Shown piece by piece: positions 11,242-23,400 of a DNA stretch of 64,000 bases (positions within the stretch are counted from its first letter, which is position 1; each line of letters starts with the position of its first letter). The notes beneath the pieces were generated by a model. The model was not told where the DNA came from and made no database searches. It saw only the letters and a list, made by a program, of their open reading frames with translations. The stretch lies in NCBI GenBank assembly GCA_965240325.2, contig OZ251231.1, forward strand, positions 1,736,001-1,800,000, read 5' to 3'. A program made the translations under genes and the position numbers. This stretch comes from Rebecca billardiae RCC1528. Its lineage: Eukaryota > Protista > Haptophyta.

Positions 11242-11403
11242 AGGTCGCGTGGGTGAGGTCCGCTCTACCCGTTCTGCAATACATATGACCGCTTTCGTCC
11301 CGCCCGTTCTCACTCCGTCGGAGCGACTCGCAGCTCTCCACTGACCACCCGTCTTGCGTGCCGACGACAGCAGCGGTCGGGTCCTAGAGCCGGCGCGGTG
11401 GAT

Positions 11404-12797
11404 ATGCATGCCCGTGTGGATGGTGATGGCATGGGGGACGGGGGCGATGGCGCCCCCGAGCCAATGTCAGCCATGCAGGCGCAGCAGCAGCTCGCCATTT
11501 TCTGGGAGAAGCAGAGCCGGGTGCGCGCGGCGCGCTGCTTCTGCGGCGCTCAGGGCACTGCAGCCCTGAATGCTGCGCGCACCAGAGCGCAGAGCGGGCG
11601 AGCGGGAGGGTCAGCCGGTGCGAGTGCGAGGGGGTGGATGGGATTGCCCTTCTCGCTAGGCCGCAGCCCGCACGCGCTCACACCCCGCTCTGGCTGCTCC
11701 CGCGACCGCGACGGCGACCGTGGCCGCGACCGCGCCTCCTCCGCGCAGGATCTCGCATCTGCGAGTGACTTCAAAACGCACGCGCTGCCGCTCGCGCGCA
11801 TCAAGAAGATCATGAAGTCTGACGAGGAGGTGCAGATGATCTCGGCCGAGGCGCCGGTGGTCTTCGCGAAGGCGTGCGAGCTCTTCATCAACGAGCTCAC
11901 GCTGCGCTCGTGGCTGCACACGCAGGAGAACAAGAGGCGAACGCTGCAGCGCAACGACATCGCCATGGCGGTGACCAAGTCGTCCATGTTCGACTTCCTG
12001 ATCGACATCGTGCCACGAGAAGATATCCACACGAAGGCGAAGGCCGACTCCATGCTGCAGCCCGAGCAGATGACGCAGTACTACCTGCAGATGCACCAGC
12101 AGGCCGCGGCTGCGCAAGCGGGCTACGCGAGCCTGCTCGGCTCCGGCGCGGCGCTCGACCCACAGCAGGCGCAGCAGGCCGCGCAGCAGCAGGGGCAGCA
12201 GGGGCAGCAGCAGGCCCTCGATCCTTCGATGATGCTCATCTACGCCCAGCAGGCCCAGCAGCAGGCGCAGCAGCAGGCGCAGCAGCAGCAGCAGCACGGG
12301 CAGCAGCAGGGCCAGCAGCAGCAGCAGCAGCCGCACGCGCAGCCGCAGCAGATGCAAGGCCAGCAGGTGCAGGTCGCACAGGTGGCGCAGGCCGCGGACG
12401 GCGGCGTGGCGGGGCAGTACGGCGACGCGCAGGCGTACTACCAGCAAGCACAGCAGGGCCAGCAGACAGCCGCGCAGCAGCCGCAGCTACTGCAAGGCCT
12501 GCTGCAGCAGCAGCAGGCGCTGCTGCTGATGCAGCAGGCCCAGCAGGGGCAGCAGGCGCAGGTCGACCCGTCGCGCATGCAGCAGTGGCAGCAGTCGCTG
12601 CTCAGCCAGGTCGCGCAGGCACCGCAGCAGAACGCGCAGGGCGACGGCCGCGCGCCTGTGATGGCGGAGCAAGGGGGCATGCAGATGACGTCGCAGCCGC
12701 AGGTGCGTCCGCAGCCTCGCCCGCGCTGCTGGAGCCGGGGCAGGCAACTCACGGCGCGCGCCGCCCGCGCCGTGCGCTGCGCCGCGTGCAGGGCTGA
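11404..12797 (+). CDS. NFYC: Nuclear transcription factor Y subunit C (HAP5/CBF-C) with Gln-rich tail; exons 11404-11520, 11749-12702, 12792-12797
   Basis: Removing the in-frame 228-nt GT-AG intron restores [80 protein letters not shown]....[10 protein letters not shown]. The start (11404 or 11431) and last intron are less certain. Confidence 0.93.
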
Positions 12798-13942
12798 TGA
12801 GTGCCGGGCAACGACGGCGCCGCGCCCGAGTGCGGCCGTCACGGACTGCACTGTACTTACTCACCACTGTCGATGCGATGTCTCGGCGACGTTGGATGTG
12901 GGGAGTTGGCTGTCTGGCCGCCTTCGAGGCAATCCTCCGAGCGCGCAGCCCCGTGATTTGCACGTGCGGCCCAACGGCTGCGGGCTGGCTGCACGCGACC
13001 TTCGAGCGACGACGCCGAGACAGCGGGGTCCAAGCTGGGGGCGGAGTTGGGCTTGGTCATGTCGCCGGCGGGATCATCATCTCTTTGCATCCGCTCATCC
13101 ATGAGCAGCAGCGTCGCTGGAAGACGAAGCTCTGAAGCCTCCGCATCACGCCTGATGAGTGATTGATGATGCCTGATGAGGCTGACTCAGGCTTTCGGCT
13201 GCTGATGTCGACTCCTCACTCCTGAGTCCTGCGCCTCTCACTCACGGACTCACGGAGTCTTAGACTGCCACTGGGCCCGGCGGGCAGACTGCTGACCGTG
13301 CCCGCGGGCACCGTGCCCGTGGCCGCCTGCCAGCGCCGGCCGGGCGGCCCGCGCAGGCACTCTTTATATATAGTCTTTCCGCGTGCCACGCGTCGCCGGG
13401 GCTGTCAGTGGATCAGGGCGCGGGCGGGCGCGGCCAGCCGCCGCGGGCCCCCCGCAGTGGCGCCGCGGGCGCCGGCCGCCCGGCCCGCCCGCGGCCGGGG
13501 CCGGGCCCGCGGCCGATCGGACCGGGAATCGGACCGACGGGACCGAATGCATGGCGGGGCCCACGTATTAACTATATATATATATATATATCAGCTAGAA
13601 ATACGTTCGGCGGTATCTACAGACATGCGCATGTTATGCATAGTTCAAGGCAGTGTCTCAGGTCAGCCCGCGCTGAGGTGTGAAGGCCGGGTGCGACGCC
13701 AGCACCAGTCAACTGCGACGCCGTCCGGAAGACGCGGTCCGAGCGGACGCGGCGGCTCCGCCGACACCACTGTCTGTGCCAGTGATGGTCGTGCCGCAAT
13801 GATGACAGCTCATCGCGACACGGGCTTACGAGGTCCCAGATCCGCGATAGCCGGGATCAGCCATCATCTGGAGAGGTGGCGTACAGGCGCCCTGGCCCTC
13901 GACAGCGAGGTGATCGCCGGAGAGCATGCTGGCCTTGGGTGC

Positions 13943-14086
13943 TCAGATGGCGAGGCGGTCCCCGTACTTGCGAATCACGAAGATGGCCAATCCAAAGTAG
14001 AATGTGTTGCGTGCGAGCTGCGTGGTCAGGCGCCGCTGCTCCGGGCTCGTCTCGGTCCACATCGCTCGCTTCACGGCGTCCAGCAT
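13943..14086 (-). CDS. TOM5: Mitochondrial import receptor subunit TOM5-like (47 aa)
   Basis: MLDAVKRAMWTETSPEQRRLTTQLARNTFYFGLAIFVIRKYGDRLAI follows the plant-type TOM5 pattern (short helix, E..EQ, one TM, terminal R.YGD.hxh). Confidence 0.7.
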   Translation of the reverse strand: MLDAVKRAMWTETSPEQRRLTTQLARNTFYFGLAIFVIRKYGDRLAI

Positions 14087-14442
14087 GGCGACCGATCGAC
14101 ACCACGTGTCCTCGTCTCGTGAGCAGTCGACCCAAGTTGGTGACCGACGCTTTGGCTTTTTGCCTACTTTTTTCGTGATTTCGTCTCGAGCACTTTCGCC
14201 GCGTCGGATGGAGTCAAGCGTCGCCCTCCCCAGGTCCCGACGACTCGACGAGCGGCCCCGCATGCCATGGCATGCCTCCGTACGAGCCCCATGGTGATCT
14301 CTGGCGATAGAAGCCGGCAACGGCGCAGATGAGCAGATGCCTGTCCCCCGAATCCTGATGCACATACGTCGCCAGGCCTCGTCCGTAAGTAATTCCCGCG
14401 TCCGGCGGACCGGTGCGATCACGCGCCGTGTCGCAGTCCCGA

Positions 14443-17400
14443 TTACCCCGCACGCGGCGTGTATGGACTCCTGTAGCTGACGCCGTCGCTCGTCACATCC
14501 TCGCCGCTCGGCCCCGGCGGAGGGCGCCGTGGCGATGGCGGATTCTTGCGCGGCGGCGGCGGCGGCGGCGGGCCAGGATCAGGCATGTTTGCCCGTCTGG
14601 GCGCGACGCGCGCTGGAATGATCGCCGGTGCGGGGAAGGGCGAGGCAGGCCGCGCTATTTGCGGCTGGTCGTCCGATGGCTTGGCCCCCGCCGCCCCCGC
14701 TTCTCTCCGCGCCTGCGGGGGCGTCTGCGCCCGCGAGCGCGCCGGTGACTGCGGCGCCGAGCTGCGCACGATCGGCGGCTCGTCGAGCGAGCTCGCTGCG
14801 TGATGCGCCTGCTCGACCAGCTCCATGGGCTGCGGAGGTGGCGGAGGCTTCTTGGCATCACGCGCCGTTCGCTCGTCGGCTGTGCTCGATTGCTCGCCGT
14901 ACTGCCCGGGCGGATCGAGGTCCGCGCGCGAGCCGCGCTGCTCGTGGAGCTGCCGGATCGCCCGGAGCGTGCGCAGCCAGCGCCGCACGAAGAAGGCGCA
15001 CACGCCCAGCAGCGCGCAGTGCCAGAGGATGATGAAGGTGGCGATCACGGCCTGCTGCGTGGTCGACAGCGCGGCCACGCCTCCGGAGAGCGAGGCCGCG
15101 GACGCCGTGCCCTCCACGCCGCCTAGGTCGTCGCCCTCGCAGCTGCTCGCGTCAGTCGCGTCGCCGCCGCACACGCCGCACTCGTCGATACTCTCCCCGG
15201 ACTCGGCGACGCCGTCGCAGCCGTTGCAGCTGCCGCCGTCGCCCTCGCACACGCCGCACGCGTCGAACTCGCCGAGGCAGTCGAACTCGCAGCTGCCGTC
15301 GTCGTACGTCACGGCCGAGCCGTAGTTGAGCGCAGCGGTGTCGGGGCAGCCGAGCACCGCGAGGAGAGGCGCCAGCTCGACCGTCGCGTTGAGCCGCTCC
15401 GAGAGCTCCGGCAGCGAGACGTTGGCCACCGCCTCCAGCACCAGCCGAGGCGCGAGCGAGTCCGAGACCAGCACGTCGGTGACGACCACGACGCTCGCCG
15501 CCGCGACCGCGTGGATGCTCAGCCGCTGCTGCGGGAGCCGGAGGATTGCGGCGAGGCCCTCCAGGTAGCGCGCGCGCGCGCCGCTGTCAAAGTCGTCGAT
15601 CGAGCCGCCCAGCTGCAGCTGCAGCATCACGACGGCGCCGCTGGAGGGCGGGAGCGCGGGCGGGAAGGAGGGCGGCGGCGGCAGGCGCGGCGGGCTCGGC
15701 GGCGGCTCGGATGGCGGGCTGGGTGGCGGCGGGCTGGGCGGCGGCGCTGGCGGCGGGGGCGGCGAGTAGTACGCGCAATTGCCGTCGTCGACCGACGCGG
15801 CCGGCTCGTAGTTGCGAGCGGTCGAGTCGGTGCAGCCGCCGTACGTGCAGCTGCCGTCATCCGTGGTCGCGTCGCTCACAAAGTTGAGCGCGCTCGCGTC
15901 CGTGCAGCCGGCGAGGTCGGGCTCGCAGCTGCCGTCGTCGAAGGTGGCGCTCGGCTCAAAGTTGAGCGCGGCGCTGTCCGTGCAGCCCGCATATGAGCAC
16001 GCGCCCGAGTCCGCGGTCGCGCCCGACTGGAAGTTGAACGCGGCCGAGTCGGTGCAGCCGGCCACGCCAAACGTGCACCGCTCGGCGACGCTGCCGCCGG
16101 TCGCGAGACTGTCGTAGTTGAGGGCGCTCGGCGCGGTGCAGCCCAGCCGCGGGAAGAGGCAGCCGCCGTCGTCCGACGTGGCGAGCGAGTCGAAGTTGCT
16201 CGCGCTCGAGTTGGTGCAGCCCGCGCTCGCGTCGACGCAGCTCCCGTCGTCATCGGTCGCGCTCGAGTCGAAGTTGAGCGCGCCGCTCTGGACGCAGCCG
16301 CCGTAGACGCAGCTGCCGTCGTCGAGCTGCGCGGCCGAGTCGTAGTTGTCGGCGCCAGTGCGCGCGCAGCCCTGCACGGGCGCGACGCACGAGCCGTCGT
16401 CCTGCGTCGCGGCCGAGTCGTAGTTGGCTGCGCCCGAGTCCGCGCAGCCGAGCAGCACGCACGAGCCATCGTCCGACGTCGCCGCGCTCAGGAAGTTCAC
16501 GGCGCCGCTGTCGGCGCAGCCGAGCACGGGCGCGGCGCAGCCGCCGTCGTTGAACGTGGCGGTGGAGTCGAAGTTGGTGGCCAGGCTGTCGGTGCACCCG
16601 GCGTACTCGCAGCTGGCTGTGCCCTCGGTGCCGTTCGCCGTGGGATCAAAGTTGTCCGCCGTCGAGTCGGCGCACCCATCCTCCTGCAGCGCGCGGGCGC
16701 GCGCGCGCGAGCCGCCGCCGCCGCCGCCCAGCCGCCGCCGCGCGCCGCCGCTCTGAGCGTACTCGCACGCGCCTCGCACGTGCACCGTCGCCCGCGAGTC
16801 GAAGTTGAGCGCTGTGGGCGACATGCACCCGCCGATCTGCGCGACGCAGCTGCCGTCGTCCAGCGTCGCGAACGACTCGTAGTTGGCCGCACTCGAGTTG
16901 GTGCAGCCGGGCACGGGGAAGTGGCAGCTGCCGTCGTCGCGCGTCGCGCTCGAGGCGTAGTTGGCCGCCGCGGGCGAGATGCAGCCGAGCACGCGCGGCA
17001 CGCAGCTGCCGTCGTCCACGGCGGCCGCGGCCCGGTAGTTGAGCGCGGCGGAGTCGGTGCAGCCCGCGATGGCGAACACGCAGCTCCCGTCCGAGAGCGT
17101 GGCGCTCGAGTCGTAGTTGCTCGCGCGCGACAGCGTGCAGCCCGGCGCGGGCAGCACGCAGCTGCCGTCGTCCGCGTTCGCGGTGGCGCGGAAGTTGAGC
17201 GCGGCCGAGGCGGTGCAGCCCGGGCGGCGGAAGGCGCACGAGCCGTCGTCCTCCGTCGCGCGCGAGTCGAAGTTGATCGCGAGAGCCGACACGCACCCGG
17301 GCCGCGCGCCGTACAGGCAGCTCCCGTCGTCCACCGTGTACGCCGGCTTGTAGTTGAGCGCGCTGAGGTTGGTGCAGCCGGGGAGGGCGTACACGCAGCC

Positions 17401-20400
17401 GCCGCCGAGCGGGACCGTGGCACGCGCGTCGAAGTTGAGCGCGCTCGGGTCGGTGCAGCCCAGCCGCGCGAAGCGGCACGCGCCCGAGTCGACCGTCGCG
17501 GCCGGGCGGTAGTTGAGCGCGCTCGAGTTGGTGCAGCCGACGAGAGGGTACGTGCACGGGCCGAGCACCTCCGCCACCGAGTTGAAATTGCTTGCCGCGG
17601 GGTCCCTGCAGCCGACGACGCGCGGCGGCGAGGGCGGCGGCGGCCGAGGCGGCGGCGAGGGCGGCGGCGGTGGCAGCGGGGGCTGCGAGGGCGGGGGCTT
17701 CGGCGACGGCGGTGGGAAGGGTGCCGTGCGCGGTGGCGGTGGCGGCGTCGGCGGTGGGCTGGGCGGAAGGCTTGGCGGCGGTGAAGGTGGCGGGCTCGGA
17801 GGTGGGCTCGGCGGAGGCGAGGGCGGCGGCGGCGAGGGTGGAGGGCTGGGCGGCGGGCTCGGCGGTGGTGATGGCGGCGGCGGGCTCGGCGGCGGGCGAG
17901 GTGGCGGGCTCGGCGGCGGGCTGGGCGGCGGCGGGCTGGGCGGCGGACTTGGCGGGGGCGACGGGGGCGGCGTGGGCGGCGGCGGCGGACTCGGCGGCGG
18001 GCTCGGCGGTGGCGACGGTGGCGGTGGACTCGGTGGCGGATTGGGCGGTGGGGATGGTGGCGGGAGTGGTGGCGGCGGCGGGCTCGGCGGCGGGCTTGGT
18101 GGTGGCCTTGGCGGCGCAGAAGGCGGCGGCGGGCTTGGCGGCGGCGACGGTGGCGGGCTCGGTGGCGGCGAGGGGGGTGGCGGCGAGGGGGGCGGGCTTG
18201 GCGGCGGGCTCGGCGGTGGGCTTGGCGGCGGCGGGCTCGGTGGCGGGCTCGGCGGCGGGCTCGGCGGCGGGCTGGGTGGTGGGCGTGGCGGAGGACTGGG
18301 CGGCGGGCTTGGTGGCGGCGGGCTCGGTGGCGGACTTGGCGGCGGCGAGGGTGGCGGCGTGGGCGGTGGCGGTAGTGGCGGCGGGCTCGGTGGCGGGCTC
18401 GGTGGCGGCGAGGGTGGCGGCGGGCTTGGCGGTGGGAACGGTGGCGGGCTCGGCGGAGGACTGGGCGGCGGCGAGGGTGGCGGCGGGCTCGGTGGCGGAC
18501 TTGGCGGCGGCGAGGGTGGCGGCGCGGGCGGCGGCGGCGGTGGCGGCGGGCTTGGCGGTGGGCTCGGCGGCGGTGAGGGCGGCGGCGGGCTCGGCGGCGG
18601 GCTTGGCGGCGGGCTTGGCGGTGGGCTAGGCGGTGGCGGGCTCGGGGGCGGGCTCGGTGGAGGGCTCGGAGGTGGCGACGGTGGCGCGCCTGGCGGCGGC
18701 GACGGTGGCGGCAATGGCGGTGGCGGGCTCGGCGGCGGGCTCGGCGGCGGGCTCGGCGGCGGACTTGGTGGTGGCGGGCTTGGCGGCGGGCTCGGCGGCG
18801 GGCTTGGCGGCGGGCTGGGCGGTGGCGGACTCGGCGGCGGATTCGGCGGGGGCGATGGTGGCGGGGTGGGCGGCGGCGGCAGCGGCGGCGGGCTCGGCGG
18901 CGGGCTCGGCGGTGGTGACGGGGGCGGCGGGCTTGGCGGCGGGCTCGGTGGTGGGCGAGGTGGCGAGCTCGGCGGAGGCGGGCTGGGTGGGGGGCTGGGC
19001 GGAGGGCTGGGTGGCGGGCTGGGCGGCGGCGACGGCGGCGGCGATGGAGGCGGTGGTGATGGTGGTGGTGTCGGCGGAGGTGATGGCGGCGGTGCTGGCG
19101 GTGGTCCGGGTGGTGGGCTGGGCGGCGGCGGGCTGGGCGGCGGGCTGGGCGGCGGGCTTGGTGGCGGGCTGGGCGGGCTCGGTGGCGGGCTAGGCGGCGG
19201 GCTGGGCGGCGGGGGGCTGGGCGGCGGACTGGGCGGCGGGGTGGGTGGTGGGCTGGGCGGCGGCGGGCTGGGCGGCGGCGATGGCGGCGGCGATGGCGGC
19301 GGCGACGGCGGCGGCGGGCTGGGCGGCGGGCTGGGCGGCGGGCTCGGTGGCGGGCTGGGCGGCGGCGGGCTGGGCGGCGGACTGGGCGGCGGACTGGGTG
19401 GTGGGCTTGGCGGCGGCGGGCTGGGCGGCGGCGATGGCGGTGGCAACGGCGGCGGCGAGGGCGGCGGCGGGCTCGGTGGCGGGCTGGGCGGCGGGCTCGG
19501 TGGCGGGCTGGGCGGCGGCGGGCTCGGCGGCGGGCTTGGCGGCGGGCTGGGTGGTGGGCTGGGCGGCGGCGGGCTGGGCGGCGGCGATGGCGGTGGCGAC
19601 GGCGGCGGCGACGGAGGCGGCGGGCTGGGCGGCGGGCTGGGCGGCGGGCTGGGCGGCGGGCTGGGCGGCGGTGGACTGGGCGGCGGGCTGGGCGGCGGGC
19701 TGGGTGGTGGGCTTGGCGGCGGCGGGCTGGGCGGCGGGCTGGGTGGTGGCGACGGCGGCGGCGATGGCGGCGGCGGGCTGGGTGGCGGGCTGGGCGGCGG
19801 GCTGGGCGGCGGGCTGGGCGGCGGTGGACTGGGCGGCGGGCTTGGCGGCGGGCCGGGTGGTGGGCTTGGCGGCGGCGGGCTGGGCGGCGGAGATGGCGGT
19901 GGCGACGGCGGCGGCGATGGCGGCGGCGGGCTGGGTGGCGGGCTGGGCGGCGGGCTGGGCGGCGGGCTGGGCGGCGGTGGACTGGGCGGCGGGCTGGGCG
20001 GCGGGCTGGGTGGTGGGCTTGGCGGCGGCGGGCTGGGCGGCGGCGATGGCGGCGGGCTGGGCGGCGGCGATGGCGGCGGCGGGCTGGGTGGCGGGCTGGG
20101 CGGCGGCGATGGCGGTGGCGACGGCGGCGGCGATGGCGGTGGCGGGCTCGGTGGCGGGCTGGGCGGCGGGCTGGGCGGCGGGCCCGGTGGCGGCGGGCTT
20201 GGCGGCGGGCTGGGCGGCGGGCTGGGCGGCGGTGGGCTTGGCGGCGGGCTGGGCGGCGGAGACGGTGGCGGCGAGGGCGGCGAAGGCGGAGGTGACGGTG
20301 GCGGCGTGGGTGGTGGCGAGGGTGGCGGGCTCGGTGGCGGCGGGCTCGGCGGTGGGCTCGGTGGCGGGGAGGGCGGAGGCGAGGGTGGTGGCGGGAGGGG

Positions 20401-23400
20401 TGGCGGGCTTGGCGGCGGCGAGGGCGGCAGCGAGGGCGGTGGCGGAGACGGCGGTGGGCTCGGCGGCGGCGCGGGCGGCGGTGACGGCGGCGGCTGTGGT
20501 GGCGGCGATGGGGGTGGGCTCGGCGGCGGCGGCGATGGCGGCGGGCTCGGTGGTGGCGATGGTGGCGGCGATGGCGGCGGCGGCGATGGCGGTGGGCTGG
20601 GCGGCGGCGAGGGTGGCGGCGAGGGCGGTGGCGGTGATGGCGGTGGGCTCGGAGGCGGGCTCGGAGGCGGGCTCGGAGGCGGGCTCGGTGGCGGGCGCGG
20701 TGGCGGGCTTGGAGGTGGCGAGGGCGGCGGACTCGGCGGGCTCGGAGGCGGGAACGGCTCGGCGCGCGGCGGCGGCGGTGGAGTGGGCGGCGGGCTCGGC
20801 GGAGGCGAGGGCGGCGGGCGTGGCGGCGGCGAGGGTGGCGGCGAGGGTGGCGGCGGGCTCGGTGGCGGATGTGGCGGTGGGCTCGGCGGCGGGCTCGGCG
20901 GCGGGCTCGGCGGCGGGCTCGGCGGCGGGCTGGGCGGCGGGCTGGGCGGCGGGCTCGGCGGTGGTGGGCTCGGCGGCGGGCTGGGTGGCGGGCTGGGCGG
21001 CGGGCTGGGCGGCGGGCTCGGTGGTGGCGGGCTGGGCGGCGGGCTGGGTGGAGGGCTGGGCGGCGGGCTCGGTGGTGGCGGGCTGGGCGGCGGGCTGGGC
21101 GGCGGGCTGGGCGGCGGGCTCGGAGGTGGCGGGCTGGGCGGCGGGCTCGGTGGCGGGCTGGGCGGCGGGCTCGGCGGCGGCGTGGGCGGCGGCGGGCTGG
21201 GCGGTGGGCTGGGCGGCGGCGCCGGTGGCGGGCTGGGCGGCGGGCTGGGCGGCGGGCTGGGCGGCGGCGGGCTGGGTGGCGGGCTGGGCGGCGGGGCGGG
21301 CGGTGCGCTCGGCGGCGGTGGGCTCGGCGGCGGGCTGGGCGGCGGGTTGGGCGGCGGCGGGCTTGGCGGCGGGCTTGGCGGCGGACTTGGCGGCGGGCTC
21401 GGTGGTGGCGGGCTGGGCGGCGGGCTGGGCGGAGGGCTTGGCGGCGGGCTCGGCGGTGGCGGCGAGGGCGGCGGGCCGGGCGGCGGCGCGGGCGGCGGGC
21501 TGGGCGGCGGCACGGGCGGCGGCGGGCTCCGCGACTCGCCCTGCAGGTCCACACCGGCCACGTTGTCCGCGTACACCTGCGCCACCGCGTCCGCACTCAG
21601 CGTCCCTGACCACACCCCGACTTCGTCAATCTCGCCGATCAGCCGCGCAAACCCAAACGTGGCGGAGCCGCCTCCGACGCGCACGCCCTGCCCGCCCGGC
21701 TGCGTCGTGTCGAGCGCGAGGGTCGCCGTGGCCTGCAGCGCGCCGCCGACGTACACGCGCATCCTCCCCGTCGCCTCCGCGTACGCCACGCACGCGTGCC
21801 CCCAGCTGCCGAGCGCTACCTTGGCGCCGTCGGGCGCGCACGTCACGAACGCACCGCCGCCTCCAAAGAAGCAAGGCGCGCGCTCGAACAGCACGAGCTC
21901 GAAGAGGCCGCCGGCCTGCTCGGCGCCCCACGAGAGCAGCGCCGCGTTCGCGAGCGTGGTCTGCCGGAACCACACGCACGCCGAGCGCGAGCGCGCGCCG
22001 AGCAGCTCCGCGGGCATGGCCGCCTCGTCCTCCGCGCGCGTCTCCAGTCCCGCGGGCAGCTGCAGCGCGCTGCCCACGACACCTCCGGGCTCGTAGGTGG
22101 CGTTGTGCGGCACGAGCGTGCTGAGCACGAGGGAGGTGCCGTTCACGCTGTCCGTGAGCGCGCGGTCGAAGCCCCAGTGCCGGTAGAGCACCGCGGGCGG
22201 CGCGGGCGGCAGCGGCGGCGGCGGCGCGGGCGGCGGGCTGGGCGGCGGGCTGGGCGGCGACGGCTGCGGCGGCGGGCTGGGCGGCGGCCGTGGCGGCGGG
22301 CTCGGCGGCGACGCTGGAGGCGGCGGGCTCGGCGGCGGCTGCGGCGGCGGGCTCGGCGGCGGGCGCGGTGGCGGCGGCGGGCTCGGCGGCGGGCTCGGCG
22401 GCGGCGGCGCCGGGAACTCGCCCGAGCAGTCAGCGGTCGCGTTTGCAATCTGCGCAATCTCGGCGGCCGAGATAGCGCGCGCAAAGAGACACACGTCGTC
22501 CACGCGGCCTCGGAAGCGGCCGAGCGAGCTGCTCGCCGGGTCGTACCCGAGCCAGAGCTGGCCGCTCGTCGTCGCCAGCGCGATGGTCTGCTGCGCCGTG
22601 CGCACGCCGTCCTGCCACACCTCGACGGCGCTCCCGTCGTACAGAGCGACCGCGTGCTGCCACGTGTCGATCGCGTACGCGCCCGCGCCCACCACGTCCG
22701 GCCCGCTGTCAATGTCGCCGGCGACGAAGTAGAGGACGTTGCTGAAGGTGTACAGCTGGAAGCCGGTGAGCGAGGACGAGCCGCCGTGCACGAGCAGCGG
22801 CTTCGTCGGCGCCGAAGTGCCCGTGCGCAGGAACCACAGGCTGACCGCGCGCGCGCCGCTTCCGAGAAAGTTCCCGCCCGGGTCCGCCGAATACAGGGAG
22901 CCGTCGACGCCGTTCAGCACCGCCGCGCGGCCGAGCACGGAGGTGTGCAGCGAGAAGGTGACAGTGCCCACCTGCGCGAGGTCGAGCGAGCCCTTCGAGT
23001 CCGTGAGCACCCCGTTCAGCTTCCAGTGGTGCTCCGAGCTCGTTGGCGGGCTCGGCGGCGGCCGCGGCAGGTTGGGCGGCGACGGCGGCGGCGGCGCGGG
23101 CGACGGCAGCGTGTTCTCAGCCGCGTCGATGCCGAGGCTCGCGCACAGGATGCGCGTGCCGATCTGCGCGGCGGAGAGCGCGACGTCGTCCACTGCGATG
23201 TCGTCGATCCCGCCGCTGTCCAGCGTCCCCAGCCCGAACGCGCCCGTGCCCGTGTACTCGCCGAAGACGAGCTCGGAGCCGCTCGCGCCCACCTGCAGCG
23301 CGACCGTGCGCTCATGGTCCAGCGCGCCGTCCACGTAGCTGCGGAACGTCGCGCCGTCGTACGCGAAGGCGACGTGCGCCCACGTGTCGCGCGCGAGCGG

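Noticed and set aside
11521-11748. Apparent insertion in NF-YC
   Set aside because: A stop-free 228-nt GT-AG intron; removing it restores normal NF-YC spacing.
17513-22096. Long poly-Gly, poly-Ala and poly-Arg/His ORFs overlapping the SPPP repeats (also across 50729-63280)
   Set aside because: Antisense or alternate-frame shadows of CCG/CCA-rich repeats that lack stop codons; the Pro/Ser frame is the one continuous with signal peptide, domains and TMs.
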